A stretch of DNA of 64,000 nucleotides from Candidatus Calditenuis fumarioli (GCA_030059665.1 JANVYR010000002.1:511521-575520); one strand, 5' to 3'. Shown: positions 28,733 through 39,067, numbered from the stretch's first letter. Notes: generated by a model from the letters alone, not told the origin. Translations and numbers: made by a program.

Positions 28733-31612
28733 TCAGGAGACGATCACGCCAGGCTTGAGCGGGACGGCCTGGAGCGCCTTCCTCAGCGGATCCGGACGTG
28801 CGTAGTCGGCCTCCACCACCTCGATCTCCATGCCCAGCTCCCGCCTCAGGTAATCGGCCTCCTCCGCGTAGAGCGAAAGCTCGTTCAGTACGGCTGAGCG
28901 CAGGGCCTCCAGCGGATGCTTCTGGAGCATGGCCCTGGTCAGCTCCGCGAAGCGTCTCACGAGGTTCGCGGCCGCAGCCCTGTCCACCTCCTGCGGGAAG
29001 GACCTGACCCACCTGCCGACGTCGGCAGACCCTCTTTCCGCGACCTCCTCGAGTATCCCTGTGAAGGACTCGACAGAGCTCCGGGGCGCCACGAGTATCC
29101 TGACCCTCTCTGACCGGTCGCTCCTGACCTTCAGGATGCTCTTGACGTCCTCCACCAGCGAGTCCAGCAGCTCCTCCTCCACTAGGACCTGCTCGGATCC
29201 CGCGACCTCGACGGCGGGCCATGAAGCTCGGGCCACGAAGTCCCTCCCTCCCAAGATCCTGTTCATCTCCTCGGCGGTGAAGGGCGCGAAGGGCGAGAGG
29301 ACCACAGCCCAGGCCCTCAGGAAGGTGCGCGCCGCTGGGCCGATCGACCCTCCCCTCCTCCTCAGGTACCTCCTCCAGGCGTTCAGCATGAGGTAGACCG
29401 CGGCGTTGGCAGCGGTCCTGGTCTTGGTGACCTCCATGGAATCCTCGATAACCCTGAGGATCCTACCGAGCTCGGCCAGGAGCCACCTGTCAGCCCTCTT
29501 CACGTCGCCGTCGGGCTCAGCGGAAGAGACCTCGTGGGCGATCCTCAAAAGGTGGTCGAGCGTCCTCCGGTACTCGATCGCGTTCCTCTCCCTCCAGTCC
29601 GGATCGTCCATGTCCTCGGCCGCCAGAAGCAGAGCCAGCCTCGACGCGTCGGCACCGTACTTCGAGATCGCCACCTTGATCGGTATGAAGTTCCCCCTGG
29701 TCTTGTGCATCTCCTCGCCCTCGACGCGGACGAGCCCGTTGACCGAGACGCCTCGGGGCCACTTGCTCCGCTCGAAGAGCGCGACGTGCTGGAAGATGAA
29801 GAAGGTCAGGTGGTTTGGTACCAGCTCCTTCGCTGAGAACCTGAAGTCGACCGGGTACCAGTACTCGAACTCCCTGCGCATGCTCTGTAGGACCTCCGGA
29901 TCGATTCCGACCGACCTGGCGATCTGAACGTAATCGCCGTTGCCCCTGAAGACGTAGTCGAGCACCTCGTACGTCAGCTGCTCGGGCCTCACCCTCCCCG
30001 AGTTCACGTAGTGGCTGATGGTGTATAGGGCCATGTAAACGGTCGAGTCGCTGAGGGTCTCGACTATCCACTCCTCGTCGAAGGGTAGCCTCGTCCCGAG
30101 GCCGGTCTTCCTCGCGCAGGGCCAGTCCTTCAGCCAGTCGACGACGTTCAGGAACCACTGCCGGACGCCCTCAGGATGGACGTTCATGCTCCACACGCAC
30201 TCCCTCACCATCTCCTTCCAGTCTTCGTCGGAGTATGTGAGGAACCACTGGTCCCTGACCACCTTGACGATGCACTCGTCACCGGACCTGCAGACCACCT
30301 TCTCCGTCAGGTCGTAGAAGGGGAAGGCGAGGCCCATCGAACCGAGGCGTTCCTTGATGAGGTCCCGAGCCTCCCGAACCGGTAAACCCGAAAGCTCACC
30401 GCAGTTCTCGTTCATCCTCCCTTTGTAGAACTCCTCGGAGTAGACGAAGGACGTCAGCTCCTCCAAGGCCGGGTCGTTCTGGTCCTTGATACCTTTGCTC
30501 TCCACGAGCTCGACCGCGGGCATCGAACCCAAACCCTCCGTGGTGGCAATCGATATCGGCTCGAGACGCTCGACGAGCTCCCTGCTGACGCCCAACTTCT
30601 CGAGTTTGGACGGGTCGCGCTTCAGGTCCCTCAGCGCAGCGTAATCGTAGGGTGCATGTGCCGGAACGCTGTAGACGATCCCGGTGCCGAGGTCGGTCCG
30701 GACGAACTCCGCGGGGAGGACTGGCACCGCAGCCCCGGTCAGTGGAACCCTGACCGTCTTACCGATCAGGTCGCTCCCTCTGATCTTCCCGACCTCGCGG
30801 ACGCCCTCGATTTGCTCGGAGAGCTTAAAGGCCGCCTCCCGGCTCAGGACGACCCTCTTCCCGTTCACCTCGACGACCGAGTACTCCACGTCCGGTCTGA
30901 CCCAGACGTTGGTGGTCCCGTAAACGGTCTCAGGCCTTAGCGTGGCAGCTGCGAGGTAGAGGCCGTCGAGCTCGAAAAGGACCGACGTGAACTCGGTGGG
31001 GCCAACGCCTTCACCGGCCATCCTGTCGTGGTCGCCGGTCGGGCTCTGGCACTTGGGACACCAGACCACAGGATGCGAACCCCTCCTGACTCTTCCGAGG
31101 CGCTCCAGCGTGAGGTACTGCCACCGGACGAACCTGCTGTAGTACGGGTGTAGGTCGGTGGTGTGGAACTCCCTCCTCCAGTCGACCGAGAAGCCGATCG
31201 CCTTCACCACCTCCCTGTTCTCGGACGTGTAGTGCCTGCAGACCTCGACCGGATCGACGAACCGGCCTATGACCTCCTCGGGAACTCCGTCGACCTCCCG
31301 CAGTATCCTGATCAGGTTCTGGTCGCCCTTCCTCAGCCTGTCGCTTAATCCGGCGACCGCCTCACCGGTCCAGTGCCAGGCCCAGGGGAAGAGCACGTTG
31401 TACCCCTTCAGCCTCTTGTAACGGGCGTATGCGTCGGCCCTCGAGGCGGTGTAGAGGTGGCCCACGTGGAGAGGCCCGTTCTGGTACGAGTACGGGAAGG
31501 TGACGAAGACCTTCGGCCTGCCGGGATCCGGATCTGCCTCGAAGACCCTCTCGGAGACGTAGGCCTGCGCCCAGTACCTCTCGTAGTCGTAGGGCGACCT
31601 CAATCCCTCCAC
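28733..31612 (-). CDS. leuS: Leucyl-tRNA synthetase (archaeal type)
   Basis: PYSYQNGPLHVGH, TLRPET, GTGIVYSVPAHAPYD, WIVETLSDSTVY, AKELVPNHL, KMSKS variant EMHKT. Confidence 0.97.
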   Translation of the reverse strand: MEGLRSPYDYERYWAQAYVSERVFEADPDPGRPKVFVTFPYSYQNGPLHVGHLYTASRADAYARYKRLKGYNVLFPWAWHWTGEAVAGLSDRLRKGDQNLIRILREVDGVPEEVIGRFVDPVEVCRHYTSENREVVKAIGFSVDWRREFHTTDLHPYYSRFVRWQYLTLERLGRVRRGSHPVVWCPKCQSPTGDHDRMAGEGVGPTEFTSVLFELDGLYLAAATLRPETVYGTTNVWVRPDVEYSVVEVNGKRVVLSREAAFKLSEQIEGVREVGKIRGSDLIGKTVRVPLTGAAVPVLPAEFVRTDLGTGIVYSVPAHAPYDYAALRDLKRDPSKLEKLGVSRELVERLEPISIATTEGLGSMPAVELVESKGIKDQNDPALEELTSFVYSEEFYKGRMNENCGELSGLPVREARDLIKERLGSMGLAFPFYDLTEKVVCRSGDECIVKVVRDQWFLTYSDEDWKEMVRECVWSMNVHPEGVRQWFLNVVDWLKDWPCARKTGLGTRLPFDEEWIVETLSDSTVYMALYTISHYVNSGRVRPEQLTYEVLDYVFRGNGDYVQIARSVGIDPEVLQSMRREFEYWYPVDFRFSAKELVPNHLTFFIFQHVALFERSKWPRGVSVNGLVRVEGEEMHKTRGNFIPIKVAISKYGADASRLALLLAAEDMDDPDWRERNAIEYRRTLDHLLRIAHEVSSAEPDGDVKRADRWLLAELGRILRVIEDSMEVTKTRTAANAAVYLMLNAWRRYLRRRGGSIGPAARTFLRAWAVVLSPFAPFTAEEMNRILGGRDFVARASWPAVEVAGSEQVLVEEELLDSLVEDVKSILKVRSDRSERVRILVAPRSSVESFTGILEEVAERGSADVGRWVRSFPQEVDRAAAANLVRRFAELTRAMLQKHPLEALRSAVLNELSLYAEEADYLRRELGMEIEVVEADYARPDPLRKALQAVPLKPGVIVS

Positions 31613-31708
31613 GCACCGACTCCGCCAGTTTAAAACCGCTTTCGCGGCCGAGAACCGGACCGGTCTTCCGGATCAGGTAGAATAGCTCCCGAGGAAGGAG
31701 CTTGCGGG

Positions 31709-32050
31709 ATGACGCTCTCGGAGGAGAGGCTGAGGGAGTGCTGGGCGACGCTGAGGGAGGTGATAGCGGACCTGAGGAGCTTCGTGGAGACCGACGATTA
31801 CGCCTTCATCGAGCGGGCGAAGGAGAGGGTGGCCTCCCTTGAGGACGGCGCGCTGATGGGGGAGCTCTCTGGCATCAGGGACCTGATCAACAACGTGAGG
31901 GATATGCACCGGAAGGTCCTCGAGGCTAACGGGAGGCTCGACGACATAGACCACGGTTTGCTCGTCCAGCAGGCGGTCTACTCGATAACGAGGGCGAACA
32001 TCCTCGCGGTCGGGATAGAGTTCAGGATCAAGCGCATGAGGGGAGGTTAG
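31709..32050 (+). CDS. Hypothetical helical protein ending in RMRGG
   Basis: 113-aa ORF with host-like codon usage, filling the gap between leuS and nuoH. Confidence 0.75.
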   Translation: MTLSEERLRECWATLREVIADLRSFVETDDYAFIERAKERVASLEDGALMGELSGIRDLINNVRDMHRKVLEANGRLDDIDHGLLVQQAVYSITRANILAVGIEFRIKRMRGG

Positions 32051-33105
32051 GCGGCAAGCACCCTCGTGGCGTAGAGCAGGGACCCCGTGATCAGGAGGTT
32101 GAGGAGCGCCATCGGTATCAGGTAGCGCCATCCGAGGTCCAGCACCCTGTCGATCGTGAACCTCGGGTATGCCCCTCGGATCAGCACCATCACCGTGAAC
32201 AGGATCAGCGCCTTCACGATGACCCAGAAGGGAGCCGAGACGGTCTCCGGCAGGAACGGTATCGGTGGGCCGTGCCAGCCGCCGAGGTAGAGAAGGGCCC
32301 CGAGGAAGCACAGGGCCAGCGTCTTCTCGTATGCCGCCAGCTGTATGATGACGAAGTGGGCACCGGAGTACTCGGTCTGCCAGCCGAAGACGATCTCGGA
32401 CTCGGCCGTGGGTATGTCGAACGGCACCCGCTCAGACTCGGCGAGGGCCGCGATGAAGAAGACCAGGAAGCCCAGGACCTGGGGGACGACGAAGGGGACG
32501 ACGGACTGGGCCTGGACGATCCTCTCTATGTTGAAGCTTCCCGCCATCATCACGACGCCCGCGAGCGCCAGGAAGAGCGGCACCTCGTAGCCGAAGAGCT
32601 GGAGGGCCAGCCTGACGAGCCCTATGAACGGATATTTGCTACCGGAGGCGTAGGCCGCGAGGAGTATCGGCACGGGCGAGAGCGCCAGGACCGCGAAGAA
32701 GAGCAGCAATCCGATCTCGCTGGGGTAGATGATCCAGCCGGCACCGAAGGGGAGGAAGGCGTAGAGCAGGAGGGACAGGATCAGCGCAGCCGAGGGCATG
32801 GTCCAGAAGAGGGGCCTGATGGCTCCGCTGGGGGTGATCCGCTCCTTCGCCAGGAACTTCACCGCGTCCGCCACCAGCTGCAGCACGCCAGAGACCTTCC
32901 CCACGTGCAGCGGCCCGACCCTGAGCATCACCCTGGCCAGCAGCTTCCGCTCGTACCAGACCGCGAACATCCCAAGGACCGTGCTGAAGAGGGCTCCGGG
33001 GAAGACGGCGGCCTTGATGAAGGCCTCCGAGAAGACCCAGGTCATCAGCGTCCTCAGGGGTTCCGGCATCGAGGATATGGTCTGGGCGATCTGCTCCGCG
33101 ATCAT
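32047..33105 (-). CDS. nuoH: NADH:quinone oxidoreductase-like subunit H
   Basis: ERKLLARVMLRVGP, LQLVADAVKFLAKE, SKYPFIG, AESERVPFDIPTAESEIVFGWQTEYSG, GAYPRF; ATG 33105. Confidence 0.95.
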   Translation of the reverse strand: MIAEQIAQTISSMPEPLRTLMTWVFSEAFIKAAVFPGALFSTVLGMFAVWYERKLLARVMLRVGPLHVGKVSGVLQLVADAVKFLAKERITPSGAIRPLFWTMPSAALILSLLLYAFLPFGAGWIIYPSEIGLLLFFAVLALSPVPILLAAYASGSKYPFIGLVRLALQLFGYEVPLFLALAGVVMMAGSFNIERIVQAQSVVPFVVPQVLGFLVFFIAALAESERVPFDIPTAESEIVFGWQTEYSGAHFVIIQLAAYEKTLALCFLGALLYLGGWHGPPIPFLPETVSAPFWVIVKALILFTVMVLIRGAYPRFTIDRVLDLGWRYLIPMALLNLLITGSLLYATRVLAA

Positions 33106-33107
33106 CC

Positions 33108-33488
33108 TCAACCCCTCCTTCCCGATGCCACCCTGAGCCTCGATCCGGCGTAGACCGAGATCACCGCGGCGACCGCGAGCAGCGTCAGCGTCAAGGGCGT
33201 CACGCCGGCCTCCAGAACCGAGAGGAGCGAGAAGAAGACGAGCACCGCAACCACCGCGTATGCGATGTAGATTACCACGTACGGGAAGTACTCGAGCGGG
33301 AAGCTCGAGAGGGCCGACCTGATCGGGGCCTGACCCGACTCGAAGGCCATCCGCTTGACCCTGGAGGGCCTGGAGGGAGCGATCAGCCACGAGACGATGT
33401 AGAACACGTCGGGCGCCAGGAGCACCAGTATCACGTACAGGATGAACGGGTCCCAGAGGAACCACAGCGGCCCCGCTTGGTCTGCCAT
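33108..33488 (-). CDS. nuoA: NADH:quinone oxidoreductase-like subunit A
   Basis: 3 TM, KRMAFESG loop, EYFPYVVIYI; ATG 33488, directly upstream of nuoH. Confidence 0.8.
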   Translation of the reverse strand: MADQAGPLWFLWDPFILYVILVLLAPDVFYIVSWLIAPSRPSRVKRMAFESGQAPIRSALSSFPLEYFPYVVIYIAYAVVAVLVFFSLLSVLEAGVTPLTLTLLAVAAVISVYAGSRLRVASGRRG

Positions 33489-33640
33489 CGCCGATCCGTG
33501 CTCGGGGCTTAATTTATCCCCGTCGTCGGCGTCCGTGGCCGAGGGAGCTGGGGCGACGCGCAACCGGAGGGCCGGTCGGGACTCCAGTGGCATGGGTGCC
33601 TAGAAAGACTTTAACGGGATAAGCAACGCTACGGCCTGGA

Positions 33641-34039
33641 ATGGCGGCCGAGGAGGAGGTCATAAGGGGAACCGTGAGGACGGGGTACGTCTCCGCGGGC
33701 GGTTACGCCTACAAGGTGAGGCGGGTGCTGTTCGCGCAGCTGAAGCACTTGGTCCAGGCGGGCAAGGTGGACCAGAAGGAGGTCGCGAGGGCCGCCGGTT
33801 ACCTCAACACGCTCCTTTACCACCTCGTGGTGGAGCAGATGGGCTTCACGAAGTCCGACGCGCTGAGGATAACCGTCAACTACGCCGTGCGCAACGGGAC
33901 GATCGAGTGGGACCTGGACTCGCTAAAGGTGGAGATGTATCGCAGGGTCGATGACGAGCAGGTGAGCAAAGCGCTCGGGCTGGCCAAGAAGGCGATCGAG
34001 GGCCAGTACACCGGTGAGGAGGGGCCAGCTACCGACTGA
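33641..34039 (+). CDS. Conserved archaeal protein (DUF2258-like)
   Basis: RTGYVSAGGYAYKVRRVLFA..LN..K.D..RI..I.WD..SL..E. Confidence 0.7.
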   Translation: MAAEEEVIRGTVRTGYVSAGGYAYKVRRVLFAQLKHLVQAGKVDQKEVARAAGYLNTLLYHLVVEQMGFTKSDALRITVNYAVRNGTIEWDLDSLKVEMYRRVDDEQVSKALGLAKKAIEGQYTGEEGPATD

Positions 34040-34081
34040 CCCGAGCAACCTCAATATCCCGTTCTCCCTCGTGTAACGACG

Positions 34082-35026
34082 GTGAGACCTCCGGAGGAGA
34101 TGCTCTACGAGGTGCTGCTCCCGAACCTCAGGGGGGTGCTCGCGCACCGCCTGCGGTCCCTGGGTTACTCCCAGTCGAGGATCGCGCGGATCCTGAACGT
34201 CACCCAGCCCTCCGTCAGCGGCTACCTTTCCGAGCGGGAGTCCAAGTTCTCCGAGGCCCTCCTCCGGCTCGGCGTTCCGAAGGAAGATCTGGACGCCCTG
34301 ATCGACTCGCTGGTGAGGGACGCGGAGCTCGGACCCGCGAGGATGACGGAGACGCTGGTGACCGCGTGGAGGCAGCTGCTCTCTTCCGGCAAGCTCTGCT
34401 CCTACCACAGGTCCCTTTACCCCGAGCTCGCGGAGTGCGACGTCTGCGTGAGGCTGGGCTCATTGGTGGACGCGGAGAAGGCCTCGGTCCTGCAGCGGCT
34501 CGAGAGGGCCGTTCAGATGCTCGAGTCGAGCCCCGTGGTCCACCACCTGGTTCCGGAGGTCTCGATGAACGTCGCGGAGGCGTTGAGGGATCCGGCGGAC
34601 ACGAACGACGTCGCAGCGGTTCCCGGAAGGATCGTCAGGGTAGGTATGACGGTGAGGGCCGTGGGGAGGCCTGCCTTCGGGACCTCGAGGCACCTGGCAT
34701 CCGTGCTGATAGGTGCCAGAAGGGTCGGCGTCAGGTGGTCTGCGGTGGTCAACGTGAGGAACGACGAGTCGCTGGTCAGGGCTTTGAGGGAGCTGGGCAT
34801 GCGTCACGGAGCGACGAGCTACGCATCCGGAGGACCGGGGAGCGAGGACGACGTCGTGGCAGCGGTCGTGGAGGTTCTCCGCAGGGACCCCGAGGTGGAG
34901 GTGGTGCTCGACGGTGGAGGGCCGGGGCTTGAACCAGCGGCCTACGTCTTCGGAACGGACTCGATCGACGCTGCCTCGAAGGTCATCAGGATCGCGAGGG
35001 CCTACGTCGCGCTGAAGGGCACCTGA
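34082..35026 (+). CDS. HTH-ThiN fusion, ThiR-like thiamine-responsive regulator
   Basis: N-terminal YSQSRIARILNVTQPSVSGYL HTH; C-terminal LVPEVSMNVA..DVAAVPGRI..FGTSRHLA. Confidence 0.85.
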   Translation: MRPPEEMLYEVLLPNLRGVLAHRLRSLGYSQSRIARILNVTQPSVSGYLSERESKFSEALLRLGVPKEDLDALIDSLVRDAELGPARMTETLVTAWRQLLSSGKLCSYHRSLYPELAECDVCVRLGSLVDAEKASVLQRLERAVQMLESSPVVHHLVPEVSMNVAEALRDPADTNDVAAVPGRIVRVGMTVRAVGRPAFGTSRHLASVLIGARRVGVRWSAVVNVRNDESLVRALRELGMRHGATSYASGGPGSEDDVVAAVVEVLRRDPEVEVVLDGGGPGLEPAAYVFGTDSIDAASKVIRIARAYVALKGT

Positions 35027-35072
35027 GGGAGAAGGAAGGCATTTCTGGGCGTCGAGTTGAATCGTTGACGGG

Positions 35073-36263
35073 TTGCCGAAGCTGATCAAGGACCCGATCC
35101 ACGGGTACGTCACCGTCGACGACGAGCTGCTCGGAGTTCTCGACTCGTACGCTCTCCAGAGGCTCCGGCGGATCCAGCAGCTACCTTTGTCGCACTACGT
35201 CTACCCCACGGCGAGGCACTCGAGGTTCGACCACTCGCTTGGCTGCATGTCGCTCGCGGAGGAGTACTCAAGGCACCTGGGTCTGGACGAGGAGGAGGGG
35301 AGGCTGCTAAAGGCGGGTGCGCTGCTGCACGACGTGGGCCACACGCCGTACTCCCACCTTCTCGAGGTCGCGCTGATCGAGAGGGGCCTGAACCACGAGG
35401 AGATGGGGCTGAGGATAATCCGAGAGGACCAGGAGCTGGCATCCTCGCTGGAGGGTTCGGGGATAAGGATCCGAGAGCTGGTGGACCTCCTCTCCGGCAG
35501 GCACAGGCTCAGCAGCATAGTCTCCGGCCCGCTCGACGTAGACCGGCTCGACTTCCTCCTCAGGGACTCCTACTTCACCGGAGCGACCTACGGCGTCGTC
35601 GACGCGAGGAGGATAATACGGCTGACCCGGTTCGACTCGCGGGGGCTCTACTTCGAGTCGAGGGCCCTCGGCGCGGTCGAGGAGCTCGCGATAGCAAGGC
35701 ATCACTCCTTCCTGAACATCTACTTCCACCACGCCGTCAGGGCGGCCCAGCTGCTCTTCCTCAGGGCCTACACCGTGCTGAAGGACGAGGGGCTGGACTT
35801 CGCCGAGATGGACGTCCAGGAGTACCTCTCGCACGACGACATCACGGTCTGGGCCAGGCTCAAGTCGGACCGGAGGACGAAACCCGTGATGGAGGAGCTC
35901 GAGAGGAGGAGGCTCCCGAAGATGGTGATGGAGGTTCAGCTCCCGGGAGAGGTCGAGATACCGACGAGGATGGACGAGTGCAGGGAGCTGGAGAGCGAGA
36001 TCGCATCGAGGCTCCGCGTCCCTGAGGAATGGGTCTACTTCGACTCGACGAGCCTCCCTCCGCTGATGGGGTACGCGTCGCAGCCCATCAGGATAGAGAC
36101 CGCCGAGTCGGAGCTGAGGCCGAGCTCGTGGATCCTCGAGATGACCTCGAGGCCCCTGAGGATCGTCAGGGTCTACGTGAGGAGGGGATCGGTGGACGTC
36201 GAGGCCGCGAGGAAGATCGTCATGGACCTCTTCGCCGAACGAGGCTGGACCTCCACTCGATGA
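35073..36263 (+). CDS. HD-domain phosphohydrolase (dNTP triphosphohydrolase/SAMHD1-like)
   Basis: IKDPIHG, QRLRRIQQL, HSRFDHSLG, LLHDVGHTPYSH, DVDRLDFLLRDSYFTG, YFHHAVR. Confidence 0.9.
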   Translation: MPKLIKDPIHGYVTVDDELLGVLDSYALQRLRRIQQLPLSHYVYPTARHSRFDHSLGCMSLAEEYSRHLGLDEEEGRLLKAGALLHDVGHTPYSHLLEVALIERGLNHEEMGLRIIREDQELASSLEGSGIRIRELVDLLSGRHRLSSIVSGPLDVDRLDFLLRDSYFTGATYGVVDARRIIRLTRFDSRGLYFESRALGAVEELAIARHHSFLNIYFHHAVRAAQLLFLRAYTVLKDEGLDFAEMDVQEYLSHDDITVWARLKSDRRTKPVMEELERRRLPKMVMEVQLPGEVEIPTRMDECRELESEIASRLRVPEEWVYFDSTSLPPLMGYASQPIRIETAESELRPSSWILEMTSRPLRIVRVYVRRGSVDVEAARKIVMDLFAERGWTSTR

Positions 36264-37128
36264 GCCTCCGCAGCCCGTCCTCGAGCCCCAGGACTGGCTC
36301 GTAGCCCAGAACCCTCCTGGCCTTCTCGATGGAGGGGTAGCTGATCATGGGTTCCCTCTCCTGATCTGTCCTCGGTGGCAGATCGACGAGCTCCGAGCTG
36401 GAACCCGTGAGGCGCCTGATGAGGTCCGCGAGCTCCCTGATCGAGATCCTGTTCCCCGTTCCGAGGTTGAAGACCTCGCCTGAGATCCCATCTGCGTTTA
36501 GGGCCAGTTCAACGGCCCTGCAGTAGTTCAGCACGTGGTAAGGATCCGTAACGTCGCGACCGCCGTTGTACAGCGGTATGGGGTCGCCTCTGAGGCACGC
36601 GTCGATGAACCTCGTCGTGACGCTGGTCTCTGGTTCTCCCTCGCCGAAGATCTTCCACGACCTGAAGACGACGGCGTCGAGGCCCTTCGACGAGACGTAG
36701 GACATCACCACGCTCTCGGCTGCCACCTTAGTGTGGTCGTAGGGGGACCTGGGCCTGAGGGGCTCGTCCTCCGTGACGGGGGTTCTCGGTCTGGCACCGT
36801 AGACGTTCGCGGAGGAGGCGTAGATCAACCTGGAGACTCCGTGCCGGACGGAGGCCTCGACCACGTTCAGCGTTCCCAGCACGTTAACCTCGAAGCACCT
36901 CTTCGGGTCCCTGATGCACTCGGGGATGCTCGCGATGGCGGCGAGGTGTATGACCGATTCGGGCCTGTTTTCTGCGAAGAACCGGTTTACCTGCTCGAAG
37001 GACGCGACGTCCACCGGCCGGTCGACGCCCCTCACGTCTATTCGCAATACCTCGTGGCCCCTCTCGGAGAGGTACCGTGTCAGGTGGGAACCTATGAACC
37101 CGGAGGCCCCAGTAACCGCTACCCTCAC
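36220..37128 (-). CDS. NAD-dependent epimerase/dehydratase (UDP-glucose 4-epimerase-like SDR)
   Basis: TGASGFIG, HLAA, ASSANVYG, YDHTK, FNLGTG. Confidence 0.92.
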   Translation of the reverse strand: MRVAVTGASGFIGSHLTRYLSERGHEVLRIDVRGVDRPVDVASFEQVNRFFAENRPESVIHLAAIASIPECIRDPKRCFEVNVLGTLNVVEASVRHGVSRLIYASSANVYGARPRTPVTEDEPLRPRSPYDHTKVAAESVVMSYVSSKGLDAVVFRSWKIFGEGEPETSVTTRFIDACLRGDPIPLYNGGRDVTDPYHVLNYCRAVELALNADGISGEVFNLGTGNRISIRELADLIRRLTGSSSELVDLPPRTDQEREPMISYPSIEKARRVLGYEPVLGLEDGLRRLIEWRSSLVRRRGP

Positions 37129-37156
37129 GGGCGATGCACCGGAGGGCTGCCGTAGC

Positions 37157-37708
37157 TCAGGCCGTCCTGGCCCTAGGAACCTTCACCAGCTCCTCGATCA
37201 GCGAGATCATCACCGGCATCATCTTCGGCAGGTCCGGCGGAACCCGCGAGGTCACGAGGTTCCTGTCCCTCACCACGGGCTCGTCGACGTAGATCGCGCC
37301 GGCGTACTCAAGGTCGTCCTTGATCGCTGAGACGGCGGTCAGCCTGTAGCCCGAGAGCACGCGTGCCGAGATCAGGAGCTGAGGACCGTGGCATATCGCG
37401 CCGACGGGCCTGCCCGAGAGGAAGAACTCCCTGATCCACTCCACCGCCTTGCGGTCCCTCCTCACCCTGTCCGGCATCCAGCCGCCAGGGATGAAGAGCG
37501 CGTCGAAGTCCTGCGGTCTCACCTCGTCGAAGGTCGCGTCAACGCTGATCTGCAGCCCGTGCTTGCCAGCGTAGCTCCTCTTCTCCGGTCCTATCACTTT
37601 CACATCCGCGCCCTCCTCGAGGAACCTGTAGTACGGGTAGAGCAGCTCTAGGTCCTCGAACTCCGGGCCAGCGACAATTGCTATCCTGACGCCCTTCAGC
37701 CTCGTCAC
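37157..37708 (-). CDS. pfpI: PfpI/DJ-1 family intracellular protease/deglycase
   Basis: FEDLELLYP, IPGGWMPD, AICHGPQLL, NLVTSRVPPDL; start probably GTG 37708. Confidence 0.92.
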   Translation of the reverse strand: MTRLKGVRIAIVAGPEFEDLELLYPYYRFLEEGADVKVIGPEKRSYAGKHGLQISVDATFDEVRPQDFDALFIPGGWMPDRVRRDRKAVEWIREFFLSGRPVGAICHGPQLLISARVLSGYRLTAVSAIKDDLEYAGAIYVDEPVVRDRNLVTSRVPPDLPKMMPVMISLIEELVKVPRARTA

Positions 37709-37825
37709 GTCCCGACCTCTTCGAGGCACCTAATAGCCCCTCCAGCGCGGGGCAGCCCTGAGGACCACCGGAGCAGCCGTTTCAGTCCGATCGAGACGGA
37801 GCCGTAGCTCGCGATCGGTTTACGC

Positions 37826-39013
37826 TCAGGAAGCGATGCGCCCCACCAGCTTCCCCTCGTGCGAGATCTCGGTGACGGAGGACAGCGCCTCACGGACAGC
37901 CTCGTCGAGCCCGAGCCTCTCCCACTCCTTCTCCACCTCAGAAGGCCTCGGTCTGGTCTTGGGACGCCTCGAGACGATCGAGCAGCAGTCGGCGTACTCC
38001 GATACAGAGTCATGGAAGGTCCCTATCCGCATGGCGAGGTTCACGATCTCCTCCTTGTCCATTCCTATCAGAGGTCTGTAGACGGGCAGCTCGAGGCCGC
38101 GCGTCACTGCGTACATCGACTCGAGCGTCTGGGAGGCCACCTGCCCGAGGGAGTCGCCGGTCACGACGCCGAGGGCTCCCAACCTTGGCGCGAGGCGGTC
38201 GGCGACCACGTGCATGAACCGCTTGAAGAGGGCGAGCTCGAGCCTCGGGTCTGCGTCTAGGGCCCTCTTCAGGAAGTGGACGTAGGAGACCGTGAAGAGC
38301 CTGATGCCCCTGTGGTACTGCCTCAGCGTCGAGAAGATCCTGAAGACCTTCGAGCCTATCACGTCCTCATCCGATGGGAGGGCGTGGAAGTGGAGCAGGT
38401 GGACCGGGCATCCGCGTCTGAGCATGAGCCAAGCAGCGACCGGAGAGTCGATCCCACCCGAGAACAGGACGAGCACCGGAGGTGAGGTGCCGACCGGAAG
38501 TCCCCCAACGCCCTCATACCTTTCCCAGAGCAGCAGGATCTCGCCGGACATCACGACGACGTAGAACCTCCTCGACGGCTCGCTCAGGTCGACGCTCGCA
38601 CCGGTTGCCTCGGCTATCGCCCTGCCCACCTCGACCTGGATCTCGTGGGAGTTGAGTGGGAAGGTCTTGTCGGCCCTGAAGGCCTTGACCGCGAACGTCT
38701 CGCCCTCCCTGAGCTCCCTCGGCGCGACCTCCCTGACCGCCTCAAGAAGGGCCCCCATGTCACGCTGGACGCTGATGCCCACGCCAACCCACCTCACGCC
38801 AGGGATCCTGGCCGCGACCCTCGCGACCTCCCGAGCAACACCCAGGTCTTCGACGTACGTCACCACCCTGCTGTGCTTGACGGCGAAGTTGAACCTGCCC
38901 TCCAGCGCCTCCCTCAGGTTCCTGATCAGGACCCGCTCGTACCTCGACCTCTTCCTGCCCTTCACGGCCAACTCCGCGTACTGCGCCGAGACCACGTACC
39001 CGGCCATGGCCAT
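37826..39013 (-). CDS. thiI: tRNA 4-thiouridine synthase ThiI
   Basis: THUMP domain, LFSGGIDSPVA, TGDSLGQVASQT, RPLIGMDKEEI, DCC. Confidence 0.95.
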   Translation of the reverse strand: MAMAGYVVSAQYAELAVKGRKRSRYERVLIRNLREALEGRFNFAVKHSRVVTYVEDLGVAREVARVAARIPGVRWVGVGISVQRDMGALLEAVREVAPRELREGETFAVKAFRADKTFPLNSHEIQVEVGRAIAEATGASVDLSEPSRRFYVVVMSGEILLLWERYEGVGGLPVGTSPPVLVLFSGGIDSPVAAWLMLRRGCPVHLLHFHALPSDEDVIGSKVFRIFSTLRQYHRGIRLFTVSYVHFLKRALDADPRLELALFKRFMHVVADRLAPRLGALGVVTGDSLGQVASQTLESMYAVTRGLELPVYRPLIGMDKEEIVNLAMRIGTFHDSVSEYADCCSIVSRRPKTRPRPSEVEKEWERLGLDEAVREALSSVTEISHEGKLVGRIAS

Positions 39014-39067
39014 CTCCGGTCGATCGGTGAGCATCCCCCTATATTGGTGAGAGTGGTGGATTGCACG

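Noticed and set aside
38645-39067. N-terminal extension of the Nre ORF
   Set aside because: It is antisense to thiI; the Nre zinc-finger region begins after GTG 39068.
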